Positions 28,585-40,719 of a stretch of 64,000 bases of DNA are shown here, piece by piece. This DNA is from Emiliania huxleyi CCMP1516 (taxonomy: Eukaryota), in NCBI RefSeq assembly GCF_000372725.1, contig NW_005201984.1, positions 62,001-126,000 of the forward strand. The letters are read 5' to 3'. The notes under the pieces were generated by a model. The model searched no databases, had not been told where the DNA came from, and worked only from the letters and a program-made list of their open reading frames with translations. Each line of letters begins with the position of its first letter. The stretch's first letter is position 1. The position numbers and the translations under genes were made by a program.

Positions 28585-29172
28585 TGCGCGTTTTTTGTTC
28601 AAGCAAAAGAAAGACGAGAAGAGCGGCGGAGGAGCGCGCCAGCGTGGATAGGGCGCGTCCTCGTGGGCTCTCGAAGAGCGTGGGAAAGGCGAAGAGAAGA
28701 AAAGGGCGTTCTCACTCGCGAGACAGCGCGCTTGTGTGCTCAGAGCGAGCTAGAAGGCAAGGTAAGGTAAGGTAAGGTAGACGAGCTAGAATGCGAGTCA
28801 CTGCGAGAAAGTAGTAGCCTCACACGAGTTAGGGCCCCTACCCCAATCGTTGACGGCGAAAAAAATCTCTAATCCCCGTGAACGTGTTCTCGAGGTCGAG
28901 GAAGAGGCAGACTCCCTAGGGTGGGCGACGGCTAGCGCATCACACACCTCTCCTTAAAATCCCTGTGAGGTGGCGGCGTGCCGTCCTCCCCATCCCTCCC
29001 TTGGGTTGTCTGCTTTCTTTCTTTCTTTTTTTTCGAGGGTCTCGAGGTGGATATCCTTTGGCCGTGAACGTGTGCACACACACAGACATCCCTGCGTCCA
29101 CCCATACCGCGTTGGTGTCCCAGTCGTTGGTCGGACTGTGTTTCGCCTTCCCATCAATCAAGAAGAGAGTTC

Positions 29173-29173
<1 letters not shown>

Positions 29174-29213
<40 letters not shown>

Positions 29214-29281
29214 CACACACACACACACACACACACATGCATGCATGCATGCATGCATGCATGCATGCATGCATGCATGCA
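29174..29281. repeat. Compound microsatellite (CA)n-(ATGC)n
   Basis: Direct inspection. Confidence 0.98.
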
Positions 29282-29883
29282 CAGACACACAGCCCCTTCC
29301 CGCCTTCAAGACCTCAAGGACGAGGACATACGGATACGCAGGCCGCACCCTAGGCCGCACCTCTACGCTCTAGCGAAGCCCACAGAGTGGGAGACTCCTA
29401 TCACCGCCCCTGCCACCCCTGTCGGCGTGAGCCTTGGCCGCCTCTGTCCAGAGGCGCCTCCTCCTTTGTCGTCCACCACACGCAGCGCGGCGGTGGCGGG
29501 CGACGCCGACAACATCAACAAGCAGGCGCGCAAGATGCGCACCAACTGGGTCAACTCCCCTTTGTGCTTTGAGCGTGCCAACTGCGAACTGGGTCAACGA
29601 CGTCAAGAACAAGCAAGCGGCAAACGGCCTCTACCCCGGCGGCCCCAGTGGGGGGGGGCGCCCACGCCGCCTATAGCTCTGCGGACCACGGGCCCCTCCA
29701 CCCTTCACGCACAATCGCTGTCGTGGGATCGCTTGTCATGTGAGAGTGGGTTGTGTTCTTGTTTTGTGTTTTCTCTTTTCAGTAGTAGAGTGGGTTGTGT
29801 TCCAGCTTCGTCTTTTCTCTTTTCTCTTTCTGTGCGAGGGAGTGGTGCGGAGGAGCCAGCCAGGGAGTGTACACACGCGAGCC

Positions 29884-30390
29884 ATGCTCTCCATCTCGTG
29901 CATCCTCCTTTTCGCCGTACTTTTCGTCGGCGAGGCCGCTTCATTCGCTCTGACTCCTTCTTCCGCATCCGCGAGCTGGCGGGCGAGGCCGGCGTCGCTG
30001 CGGCACCGCTGCGGTGCTCGGACGCGGCCGATACTGCTGGAGCTCGTGCTGACCGAGGAGAATGTGCAGGCCGTCCTGGATGAGGCGGAGCGCGACCTCG
30101 GCACCATGTTCGGCTCGAACCCCGAGTCGGCCGCGGTGGGAATCACCGGGCGCGCGGAACTCGTTGAGCTTGACGGCCCGACGGTCGTGATCCGGCTGAG
30201 CGGTCGCTTCTGGCACGCGCGCGCCCGCGTGCTCGAGCGCCTAGAGGCGTTTGTCCTCGAGCGCATCCCGGAGTGCATCGGTGTCGAGATTGAGGACCCG
30301 TCGCAGCTGGAGGACGCGCTGGACCCAGCAACGGGCCTGCCCGTCAACGAGGTGCCAGGAATCGATTTGGACGCCTTCGGGCAGCGTTAG
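29884..30390 (+). CDS. Probably plastid-targeted NifU C-terminal-like domain protein lacking CxxC
   Basis: Signal peptide then ASF-type motif; LTEENVQAVLDEA...ELVELDGPTVVIRLSGRFWH...ERIPE. Confidence 0.75.
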   Translation: MLSISCILLFAVLFVGEAASFALTPSSASASWRARPASLRHRCGARTRPILLELVLTEENVQAVLDEAERDLGTMFGSNPESAAVGITGRAELVELDGPTVVIRLSGRFWHARARVLERLEAFVLERIPECIGVEIEDPSQLEDALDPATGLPVNEVPGIDLDAFGQR

Positions 30391-30781
30391 AAGCTAGGCC
30401 GGTCTGGTTTGAGCTCTTGACGAGAGAACTACGCAAGGCGGCAGCAAGCTCGCGTAGGGCGCGTCACGGTTTCGTCGGTGTCGCGGTGCGTGCAGCAACT
30501 AGCATTCCGTACACGTACACCGCTAGAGACCTCGTACGTCGTAGCCAGAGGCTTCTCCGGTAGCACGTAGGTTCGAGACTCGTGTACGGAGCAAACACAC
30601 GTGTGTACGTATAACGTATACGCATCGATACGTAATCAAAATAAACTAGGGAACCTGCGTACACGGACATGCACATGTATAGTGCTACGTGAGTCGTGAC
30701 ACGCCCGGAGCTCGTGGTCCTGGGGGGCCGGGGGGGGGGCCCAAAGCTGCGGTGCCAGGTCGATATATGGGCCACGCCGCG

Positions 30782-33700
30782 CTAGCAGCGGTGCTCGGCC
30801 TCGTCGAAGCGTCCGATCGAGGCGCCGTCAAAGATCAAATCTACGAGCGGGAGGGGCGCCCCGGCGGCGGCGCCGTCGTCCACGGCGCTCGCCGCGGGAC
30901 AAAAGGCGGGGCGGGTGTCGTTACGGCCGGCAGCCCGGTCCGCCACCCGGCTGTACGCGCCAGCAAAATCTATCACGCGGCCGAGCCAGCCCTCGGCGGC
31001 GGCGGCCAGAGCTGGCGCGGCCGCCTCTCGCAGCAGCCCGTCGCGTTGGATGGACGAGCAGACCTGCGTCGCACAAGACGGGGGCGGGAGCCGCAGTGAG
31101 TGGCTGGTGCGCCTTGTGCGTGATGGAGGCCGCTCGTGCTCCTCACGCAACCTCCACTCGGACCTTGTGACCAATCTCCAACCTCCGCTCGGACCTTGTG
31201 ACCAATCTCGGGCGAACTCGGCCGATCTCGGCCGGACCTCCTCGCAGAGAGCGACGTCGAAGAGGGGCAGCCCGAGGTGGAGGTCCAGCGGGACCCACTC
31301 GCCGGACAGCCGCACGAGCTGCACAAAGCCAAACGTGCCCTGCAAGCGCAAGCACTGCACCACACGCGCCGCAACCGCCTCCGCGCCGGCGCCGCCGGCA
31401 GCAACGCCGCCGCTCGCGTCGCCACTCCCTGCCCCGGCCCCGCCGCCGCTCCCGTCGCCGCCACCGGCTTCGGCGGAGCCGCCGCCTCCGGCGCCGTTGG
31501 CGGCGACCTCGAGCGAGAGCAGGTCGGGGTGGAGGTCGGCGGCACGCAGCGGGAAGGAGACTTGAGCGGCACGCGACGGGGCCGCGTCGTACGCCTGGAG
31601 GGCGTCATCGAGGGGCGCGGGTGAGACGGATCGGGCGAGCTGCTCGCCCCTCCCTGCTCGACGAGCAGACTCGGCGGCCTGCACGAGCACCGGCGAGAGG
31701 AGCAGCAGCTCGTTGATTGCGACGAGGGCGCCGCCCGCCTGTGCTCGGCAAGACAGGTGACGGCCTCAGGTGACGACCTCCCGACGCGAGTCTGGGGGCC
31801 GGGGCGAGGGGCGGCGCGTCCCACGCCTTGGCAGAGCTCGTCTCTCCCGACCAGCTAGTCAGAAGCACGGAGGGGGCAGACGCGAGCGGCGCCGGCAGCG
31901 ACCGCAGCCGCGTGCCACGCCGCAGCAGGACCGAAGGGGGTCCGGCGCCAACCGCCGCGTACAAGGCGAGCCTCGCCCACGGCGAGACCATCGCCGGGGC
32001 CAGCGGGCCCGCGTGCGGCACCCCGGTGCCGCGCGTGAAGACGGTCTCCGAGTGCGAGAGCAGCGGCGCCATCGAGACGGCGAGGCCATACGAGCGGCCG
32101 AGGAGCCGCGCGAGCTTCGACGAGCCGAGCTCGCGCAACGACTCGGTCCGCACGATGTCGAGCGGCCGACCGGGGCAGGCGGCGCGGAGGGAGGCGGCGG
32201 CGATGCGCAGCGAGATGGCGTGGTCAAAGTACTCGAGCAGCTCGAGCTCGTGCGGCCGCTCCACCTCGGCCGCCGCCTCCAGAAACGCGTCGAGCGACTC
32301 GGCGGGGATCTTGCCGACCTCGTACAGCGTCACCGCGTGCTGCTTGAGCCCGGCCGCCAGATTGGACATCATCAGCGAGGCGGCGAGCTTGGAGTCGACA
32401 AGCAATGCGATGCGCGCGCCGCTGCTCGCGTCCCGCGGCGACACCTCGCCGCCGCCCTCGGGCGCCGCCATGAACTCGGGGGCGGACGTGGCGGAGGCGG
32501 AAAGAGGAGGCAAGCCGCCCCCCGCTGCGCGCGCCTGCGCCCCTCCCGCCTCTGCCTGCCCTGCCGCCGCAGCGGCTTCGGGAGGCGCCTTCTTCTTCGC
32601 GAATCCGAGGCGGCACGCCAGCGAGGCGGCCATCAGCACGCGATCGAGGGGCTGGTCGAGCAGCGACGCGAGCTGCCGCACCTCTGCCGTCTCGTCGTTG
32701 GACACGAAGAGCTCGTAGAGCAGCTTCTCCATCCAGTCGTTGCCGACGCGGTTCATCACGAAACCGACCAGCGGAGGCACCGCCAGCTTGTCCGACGCCT
32801 CCACCGCCACCTACGGCCGCACACGGCCTCGTCGACAAGGGGTGGCGCCGCCGCAGAGGCGTGTCGCGCGCCTCGAGACGCACGAGCCCGCTCGCGTAGA
32901 GCTCCCGCACCTGGGAGGGAGAGCGAGCCGTCCTGCTGGTCTCCTCGGCTCTCGATGCACGCCCCACGCGGGCGGGCCGAAGGGGGGTGGTGGCAGCGGC
33001 GAGGCTCGCTATCTCTCTCTCTCTACGTCGAATCGCACCCCTTCCTCTGGCAGAGCCGCCGCGAGCGCGCGCCCGTCGCGCGCCGCGCTCAGCGCGACCA
33101 GAGCGTCGCGCGCCGCCGTACCGAGCTGGCCGTCGCCGAGGTCGCCCGCAGCGCCGCCGCCGTCCGCCTCGTCATCGCCACCGAGCTCGCCGCCGCTGCC
33201 GCCCAGCCCGCTGCCGCCCAGCCCGGTGCCGCTGCGGCCGCGCGTGCGGCGCGGTGCCCGTCCAGCGAGCAGATCGGCGGCGATCGACAGGGCGGGCTCG
33301 CTCGCGCACACGACCCACCAGTCCTCGAGCGGCAGGTCCGGCGGCGGCGCCGAAGGCAGCTGCTTCATGATGAGTCCGCGCCGCCGCTTCCACAGCCATC
33401 CCTTTGAGCGGCACTCGTTGAGGGCGTGGAGAAACTCGTTGCGGCCGACCCGGAGGAGCCTCGCCGCGTCGGCAGCCGTGAAGTTCGGAATCGTGTCGTA
33501 CGAGCGCTCCGACCGGAGCATCTCGAAGAGCATCTCGCGGTAGTAGCGGAAGGGTGTCTCAGCGGGCCAGCAGGCAGCGAGCCGGCGCGCTAGGTGGTAC
33601 GGGTAGAGGAGCAGCCGCTCGCGAGAGGCTTTGAGGAGCTCCGCGAGGTACTCCTTCTCCTCCACGCCCAGAGCCGATGACCACGGCAGTTGCAGGCCGA

Positions 33701-33848
33701 GCGAGTGTGCCCTCAGCGCCCTCAGCCAGGCGGCCTCGGAGCCCAGCCTCGCCCGGAGGGCTGGAGGCAACACTTCCCATTGCACGGCCGTCGGCCGCTT
33801 CTCAAGCCACTGTGCGACCGCCTCGCCTTCGGCTGTGCTTTCAGGCAT
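30782..33848 (-). CDS. FAM91A1: FAM91A1-like protein, multi-exon
   Basis: YPYHLA..TPFRYY..RSERSYDTIPNFTAAD..GRNEF; GFVMNRVGNDWMEKLLY; LMMSNLAAGLKQHAVTLYEVGK; WVPLDLHLGLPLFD. Confidence 0.9.
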
Positions 33849-33948
33849 CTCGCACGCGGGGCGGCGCTGTTTTCAAAAGAATCTTTCACCGCGCGCACAA
33901 CTCTGGGCACGCGCACTGGCACTAACACAGGTACACCACTGGAGCCGC

Positions 33949-34300
33949 CTAAGCGACTCCCGCGAGGACGGCGAGGCACTTAGCTCCGTGCACTCGACCG
34001 CCCTCGCCGCTGGCAAGCTCGTTCACAATCTGCTCTGCGATGGCCGTGTGAAGAACGACTGAGATGCGCTGCTTCTGCAGCCCCAGCCAGCTCTTGGTGG
34101 TCCAAGTCACCTCATCGAGGTACTGGGCCCGCGTCAGCTTGTCCTGCAGCACGTTCGCCGCCCCCCAGAGGATCTCGCCGACCCCCTTCCCAAACCCCGC
34201 CGAACGACTCGAACAGCAGCAGCCGCACGTCGACGTCCTTGTCCTCCCTGGCGTAGCGATACTCGCCGCCATAGGACGGTATGCGGCGATCGCCGCCCAC
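33949..34300 (-). mobile_element. Frameshifted 3' fragment of an RLE-type non-LTR retrotransposon (CRE-like)
   Basis: Removing one G from a G run joins VRLLLFESFGG to FGKGVGEIL...SWLGLQKQRISVVLH, resembling the P(L)xxE(T/S)xGG...QRLSVxL C-terminus of RLE elements. Confidence 0.45.
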
Positions 34301-34482
34301 TACCCTGCCCCCCCTAGTATGCCATCGACCAGTCCCCGGGGCGCTGTTTTCAGGCACAAAGAAATTTAGAGGCCTGAAGGACACTGTGGATGGTTGGCGG
34401 CGGTCGGCAGGCGGCGGCGGTGCTGGCGGTGCGAGTCGCACGCCGATCGCCGTGTCGTGTGTGACCGGCATCGAACACAACA

Positions 34483-34613
<131 letters not shown>

Positions 34614-34770
34614 CCCCCCTAATATACCTCAATACATGTACCTGCGCCGGGTGAACCCCCACTCGAGTACTGCGCTGCGCGCGGCTCCCTCCTCCTCGCG
34701 GCACGTGGCATCGCAGGGCACGAAAGACACCTTTGCTGTCCGGTGCCCGATAGGCAGTGCGGGAGCGACG

Positions 34771-35337
34771 CTAGCCCGCGCCACCCGCCTTGCCCGCGTG
34801 GCGGAAGGTCATAAGCGTCGGGATCGCAAGCAGCAGCTCGAGTGCCTCGAACGCGACCGAGACGGCGTTTAGGACGAGGTCTGCACGGGTGACAAAAATC
34901 TGCAGGTAGAGATAGTACACGGAACCCAGCGCAACGGGAAGCGTCAAAATGACAAAGAGGAGCAGCGTGCGCATCTGCTCCGGTGCCGGAAGGGTGAGGC
35001 CCTTTTGTGCGTCAAGGGTTGGGGTGAGGCTCAGCCAAGGGCCACCTGCTCCAGTTTGTTTCCGCGTGAGCCGACAAAGAGACGGGCGAGCTCGCAGACA
35101 AACATGACAAAGACGAGCGTCACCTCCAGCCCGAAATAGTGTCGCAGCTCTCCTTTGTACGGGAGGTGTGCACCTGCGTGAAGCGCAGTCGTCAGCACTG
35201 CTTGGCGCGCAATGCCGCTGCGCCGGAGCGTGACGCGCACGTTTCCACGCAAAGAGAAGAAGCATTGCGGCGGCCCACACAAAGACATATATAGTATTGA
35301 AGAAGAGCAGGATCTGCAGCGGCAACGAGGAGAGCAT
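34771..35337 (-). CDS. TMEM216/TMEM17/TMEM80-family ciliary transition-zone membrane protein, 3 exons
   Basis: MLSSLPLQILLFFN..., LPY, ELARLFVGSRGNKLE, YYLYLQIFVTRAD (Transmemb_17 pattern). Confidence 0.85.
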   Translation of the reverse strand: MLSSLPLQILLFFNTIYVFVWAAAMLLLFAWKRARHAPAQRHCAPSSADDCASRRCTPPVQRRAATLFRAGGDARLCHVCLRARPSLCRLTRKQTGAGGPWLSLTPTLDAQKGLTLPAPEQMRTLLLFVILTLPVALGSVYYLYLQIFVTRADLVLNAVSVAFEALELLLAIPTLMTFRHAGKAGGAG

Positions 35338-36470
35338 GAGCGGCCGGGGGGGGGGCAACGCAACGCAACGGCCGCCGTTACGGACGGCCGCGTACTTTTC
35401 TTTATCCTTGGCTCTGGAAACGAACATACCCGACGGTGACTGCTGACAGGGTTTTTCTCTCGGGACGAGAGTGTGGAATGGTGACGGGACCCTAGGACAC
35501 GGGACCCCTCGAAGATCGTCTCGCCCTCACTCACTATAAGTGTTCACTCAGGTTCACACGGATCCCTTATCTTATGCGTGTGTACGCGCTGTGTACACAC
35601 ACACACAGGAAAAGGAAAGATGGGATCCTGCCTGCGTTCCCTGCCTCACTGGTAGCTGGTAGCCTAGGAAGGAACATCCGAAATCCTCGACGAAATCCCA
35701 GCGAAATCCCGGGGGCCGGGCATCTGCAACTGCAACCCCCCCCCACCGCCCCCTCACCCTGGCCTTCCCCTGCCCCCCCCCCCCCCTCCGCCTCCCCTAC
35801 TCTCAGTCAGGCAGGAGACCGATAGTCAAAGTATGCACTGTCTGCCACTGACTGCGCACTGGAGAGAGCGAGATCTTTCTTGAACGATGGAGAAGGGATT
35901 TGCTGCTGTCTCTAGCCTCTAGGCCCCTGATGAATGAAGGGCCCTCCCTCGGCGCGGCGTGAATGAATGAATGAGATACATGCGTAGATGTAGGCGGGTG
36001 AGTTGGTTGGGTGGGTGGTGGGCCTGCTGACTGGGCGGGGGAGCGGCACCCTTGTGACGGTACGAATGTGCATGTGCCCTCTTGCCTCTCATGTTATCAC
36101 TAATGTCCTTGGAGGTGCGCGCTCTTGCTCCTGGGAGGGGGGCAAAGAGAAGGAGGGGGCGGGTTCGGGCTCTTAGCCGTCTAGGGTGACAGTCGTAGGA
36201 AAGCGGGGGGGTTTGAGGTGCCACAGACCTAGGTAGGTGTGCCGCAAAGTCTGGATCGCTCTTGAGTGAGAAAAGTTCCACCCGAAGGCCGTCCTTGGCT
36301 GCCTGACGAAAGCCGTTGTAGACATGTGCGCGACGACGCAACGAGCTACGTTAAAATGCGAAACGCATCAACCCGCTTCAAGTTTGCGGCGAGTTTTGGC
36401 CGGACATACTACGGAAATTTTCTGCATCGGCCGATGACGCTCTCTCGATCTGGCCAGAAAGTCGCGACAT

Positions 36471-37541
36471 ATGCTGTCGGATCTGCCGGCAGAGCTCGCG
36501 CCGCTTGCGCGGCTACCTCTCAGCCCGCGCGACCAAAGCAGGGCGAAAGCGGCTGGGCGCGCCCTGCTTGTGCCCGTCAAGGCTGCGCTGCAGGAGCGGG
36601 AGCGCTTGGACAACCCAGGTGACTCCTCCCGCCCCCGTCCTGAGGCAAAGAATCGGCAGGGCACGCCAAGTAGTTTGAGCTGCAGGGGCATGCAGTGCCT
36701 GCCAGCCTTGAGTAGCACCCAAATGCCTCTCGAAACTTCCAATCGGGGCGCGATACTCCTCTCGACACCCTGACCTCCCCCTTCCCCCATGCAGCGTCCG
36801 AATGCGAGTTGCCGAGTGCCAGCTCTGCCAGCGCCAACGTCAAGGCGATCGAGGCGTCCTGGCTGCTCTTTACTAGCTGGGCGTCGCTGCAGCTGCGAAT
36901 TGAGGAGGGCAATGAGCGCCTTCCTGGTCCCGCCGACGACGCGCCCGATGGTGACGGCTAGTAGATGCAAGCACGATTCCACAGACATGCACATGCACAT
37001 GCACATGCACATGCGGGGATGGGGGATCGGAGGGCCGCTCACCACCCCATCGTGCTGCCGCAGAGTCTCTCACTTTCGGTCTTGCGCTTCTCTCTGCGCT
37101 CGGGCCGATGGCGCTCGAGGTGAGCCGTAGAGGGTCGTGAGGGTTAAGGAGGGCACTGCAAGTCGGCCACTGGGGCTCAAGAGCTGGCTCAGGGCTCTGG
37201 CAGAGCTGGAGGCAGTGCTTGAGGCGGCGGGACAAGCTCTAGGGCCTTTCGGTGGTGGTGTGTGTGTGGTGGGTGGGGGGCTGGGGGGCTGGGGGGCTGG
37301 ATGTGGGGTAGCTTGTCGCTGTCTGTATCTCACGCGTCATCCTCAACTCCGCAGGCAGCATCTCGAAAGCGACGGCGGGGGAAATCGAGCCCCAGACGGG
37401 AGACGCCGCCTTGGAAGCGTGCGTCTCCCGCCGAACTTCTCGCTGGGGGCTCTTTGCATCTCTCCTCACCCTGAGCGAGCGGCCGGAGGTGGAACTGGAG
37501 GCTCGCGTGGCAGTCTCGAGGCGCAGAGAGCTTGGCCCGTA
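36471..37541 (+). CDS. Possible multi-exon hypothetical gene or degenerate remnant
   Basis: Several helical-looking open frames separated by intron-like GT..AG segments; no recognisable domain. Confidence 0.25.
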
Positions 37542-38310
37542 GCGCCCATTGATCCAGAGCGCTCCCTTCCTGTATTCTTCATTCTTCCTTCAATTTTGGT
37601 GTCTTCGTGAGACTTGATGCATGCGAACCTGTCTGACTTGTGCTGGATGACCCACTTGTGATCTTGCGTGCATACACCATACTTTGGGAGGGAACGCAAG
37701 GGTGTCTGGTGAGTTCTGAGTTGTGTGACGTCAGTGTCTCAGCACCCCAGCGTATGGGCGCCAGCGTGCCTACGTCTGTGCAACTTGCAGGGTGGGGTAT
37801 GTGGATGGGGACCCCATTATTCAGGCCAAGGGCGCGGCGCTCTTACTACCTTCTCGTCTCTCTCTCGTCTCTCGTTCCTCAGTTTTGACATTTTTGAGGT
37901 GTGAGCTGTGACGCGCGGCGCCCGGCGCGCGCGCGCCGCGCGGGCCGGGGCATGTGCGGCGTGGGGGTGATATGTGTCTGGCACACACAGGCAGCGGTGG
38001 CAGGGGCCCGAGGCCCTCGGCGGAGGGGGTCAGTGGCACGCGCGCGCTCTCGCTTGGGGACCAACTCGATGTGTGGTGATTGTGCAGCGGCGGCGGGGAA
38101 AACACTGGTCAGTGCTTGGTAGGCCGAACTGCTGATATGTGTTTGTTAGCGGGCTGGGCAGTCGAGCGGAGACCCTCTCGCGCGCGCGGTGCGTGAGCGG
38201 GACGGTGTGTGTGCGCGCGCCGCCTCAGCGCCTCTGGCTCTGCCTCGCTGCGGCTGCGTACGGGCTCTGTGGGCTGTGTGCGGCTTACGGGTTACGAATT
38301 CGTACCATAG

Positions 38311-38420
38311 AGCAAGAGCGGTGTGACGGCGTAAGCGCGTCCACGCTGCGCAGCGGCTCCCCCGTGACCGCAGCCCCTCTCGCAGCCGCAGCCGTAGCCG
38401 CCAGCCCCCCAACTCTCGCC
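38311..38420 (+). repeat. Third diverged copy of a ~110-bp dispersed repeat
   Basis: Matches 801-900 and 2234-2322 (agcaagagcgg...cgcgtccacgct..gcgcagcggctc...cagcccctct..gcagccgcagccgta). Confidence 0.75.
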
Positions 38421-38740
38421 GCTCCTCTACCGTAGTGCGTAGAAGCTAGAATTTGTGGCCTCTCTCTAGAGCACAGAGTGTCGGGTATAGGTAGTGACCA
38501 GAGGGGGGTGGAGGGCAAGCCACGTGGCAGGGCGGGACACATGTCCCTAAATCCCATCTCGTCTCAGAGTTTGACCGTTTTATTTATTTATTTAAATAGA
38601 GGACGCCGGGGCGCGGGGGATGGCGTCGAGTCACTCCGTCACTCGCAATTGAGGTGCTGCTGGATGGCGGTTCGCCGTATATACGCAAAGCGAGAACAAG
38701 CCACAACGCACGGGGTGACTAGGTGAGACGTCTCGTCGCC

Positions 38741-40447
38741 TCACCTCAAAGCCTGGGCAGGACTTGGTGGTGCAGCAGCCTCCAAGCGCCGCCGCAAGGC
38801 GGAAGCTTGAAGTGGCAACGCGGCTAAGAAAGCCTGCAACAGGGTAGCAAGACGAGGGTCACGACGGTAACTCTTGGCGGTTGATGTCTGTGTCATGGAG
38901 GCCTCAAGCTGCCCCGACTCGCAGATGAGGGTTACGCTTGGCGCGTCACGCTCGAGGCACCTGCGGCGGCCGAAGAAGAGTGGCGGTTTGGTGGCTGCGG
39001 CCGACGCGGGAGCGTTGGTGTGGGCGCTTCTCACCATTTGAGCGCCACAGCACGCACGTCTTCGCTCATACCCCGCATCAACGCGTTGAGACCATCCACC
39101 TGAGAGGATCGACCAGGGAGGCTGAGCTCTCTCGGGTGGGGTTGGAGCAGGGCCTAGGTCTGGGGGGGGGGGGGCCTGCTCCGTCTCTGACTTCGTCGCC
39201 ACGATGCCAGCGGCGCAGCCTCGGACAGAGGGCGATGGCGACAACGTGACGGGAACATTTGCCCCGCCGGGTGTCGTCTGCGACGCTACCTGACCGGGCG
39301 CGCTCGACACCATCGCCATCGGGTGCTTCACATCGGGGATTATCCGGATTGGTTGAGGCTGGGCAATGGGCGGGCACGGCGTCCCCACGCTCGCTGGCTG
39401 GCTGATTGCTGACGGTGCCATTCTCGCCGGAATCATAGGGCGTCCGCGCTGCGGCTGTGGCCGCACCACGCCGTGCTGTGCCGACGCAATCCGCATCGGT
39501 GCCACTGCAACGGTGCTCCTGCAAAGGTGCATGTCACACATGGGCGCCGCCTGCAGCACCTGCAAAAGGGAAGGCAAAAGAATGCCACGTGTGCCCTGTA
39601 GAATTGAACCTGTAGAGCAATGAACTCTGCACCGGCATGGGCATAGGCACCGGCCCGCCCAATGGCACTGCCGGCGAATGATAGGCAATGCCCGGTGGCG
39701 GGTACAGAAATGTCGCAGCCTGCGGCCGCAACCCGCCGAAGAGCGTGTCACAGGACGGCATGCGCTGTGCATCGTCGGCAGCGTCGGCGAGCAGGCCCAA
39801 GTCAGCGCCTGCAGACGAGCGCGCGGCCGGGTGAGGCGGAAAGGTGGGCGGCGGCGGGGGTGCAGCGCAAACAGGAGGTGGGGAGGGGGGTGAGGGGATT
39901 CGAGCGGGCCCAGCGGCGCGGTGGCACCAGTACCAGTACTGCCGCTTGCCCTGGCCCGTTTGCCCCGCTGCGCTCGCCTTTGATCCTCTCCAAGGTGGCC
40001 CCAAGCCACAAATGCCGACGCCGAGCAGCTTTGCACTGGCGAGGGCAGCACTGGCGGGCCTGTCCGACCGCCTGGCGTGGCCTGCGTAGCCTGTGCTGAC
40101 CCTGCCTTGCCCTTCGGGGCGTCGTCCGACACGCACCGCTGCAGAAAGGTGATGCCCGACTCGGCAAGGCGGCGGAGAGCTCGAACAACGGAGATCCGCT
40201 TGGACTGCTCATCTGGGCACTCGCGGCAGTCGGTGTATCTCTGCACGAGCTGGTCGCAGGCGGGTCGATCCGGAATCTGGCCCAGGATGCGCAACACCAA
40301 TGGCTCAGGTGGTAGCTCCCACGTCTCATTCTCGACCGCCTTACTAGTATGGTCAAAAAGCTGCGCAAAGTCGCGCATAGCCGCCCTGACTGGGCATTTC
40401 TCAGGCCAACGTAGAGGCATGCGAGAGCGCACTGGGGATACCTTCAA
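38741..40447 (-). CDS. Hypothetical protein, probably spliced, with Pro-rich C-terminal part
   Basis: 568-codon open frame with ordered N-terminal region; no recognised domain; start uncertain. Confidence 0.35.
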   Translation of the reverse strand: MKVSPVRSRMPLRWPEKCPVRAAMRDFAQLFDHTSKAVENETWELPPEPLVLRILGQIPDRPACDQLVQRYTDCRECPDEQSKRISVVRALRRLAESGITFLQRCVSDDAPKGKAGSAQATQATPGGRTGPPVLPSPVQSCSASAFVAWGHLGEDQRRAQRGKRARASGSTGTGATAPLGPLESPHPPPHLLFALHPRRRPPFRLTRPRARLQALTWACSPTLPTMHSACRPVTRSSAGCGRRLRHFCTRHRALPIIRRQCHWAGRCLCPCRCRVHCSTGSILQGTRGILLPSLLQVLQAAPMCDMHLCRSTVAVAPMRIASAQHGVVRPQPQRGRPMIPARMAPSAISQPASVGTPCPPIAQPQPIRIIPDVKHPMAMVSSAPGQVASQTTPGGANVPVTLSPSPSVRGCAAGIVATKSETEQAPPPPDLGPAPTPPERAQPPWSILSGGWSQRVDAGYERRRACCGAQMVRSAHTNAPASAAATKPPLFFGRRRCLERDAPSVTLICESGQLEASMTQTSTAKSYRRDPRLATLLQAFLAALPLQASALRRRLEAAAPPSPAQALR

Positions 40448-40719
40448 TCTCGAGCTGCGGCAAACTCAAAGGAACGTTGACCGCCGATCGCCGACGCGCG
40501 CGGCTGGTTCTTCGATTCGCGTCCGCAGTCTGCAGACTGCGGAAGAAAACTCAACAAAAGAGAGAGAGCTGAGAGGGAGAGATGTGTGGTGTGAGGTCTG
40601 ATAAAATATCTTAAAAAAGTGTGGGCAATACACGGGGAATGGCACAGCATGTAGAGAGGAACTCCATGCAACACACCATCTCTCGTACAAGCGAATCTCG
40701 ACTCACAAAACACACAAAT

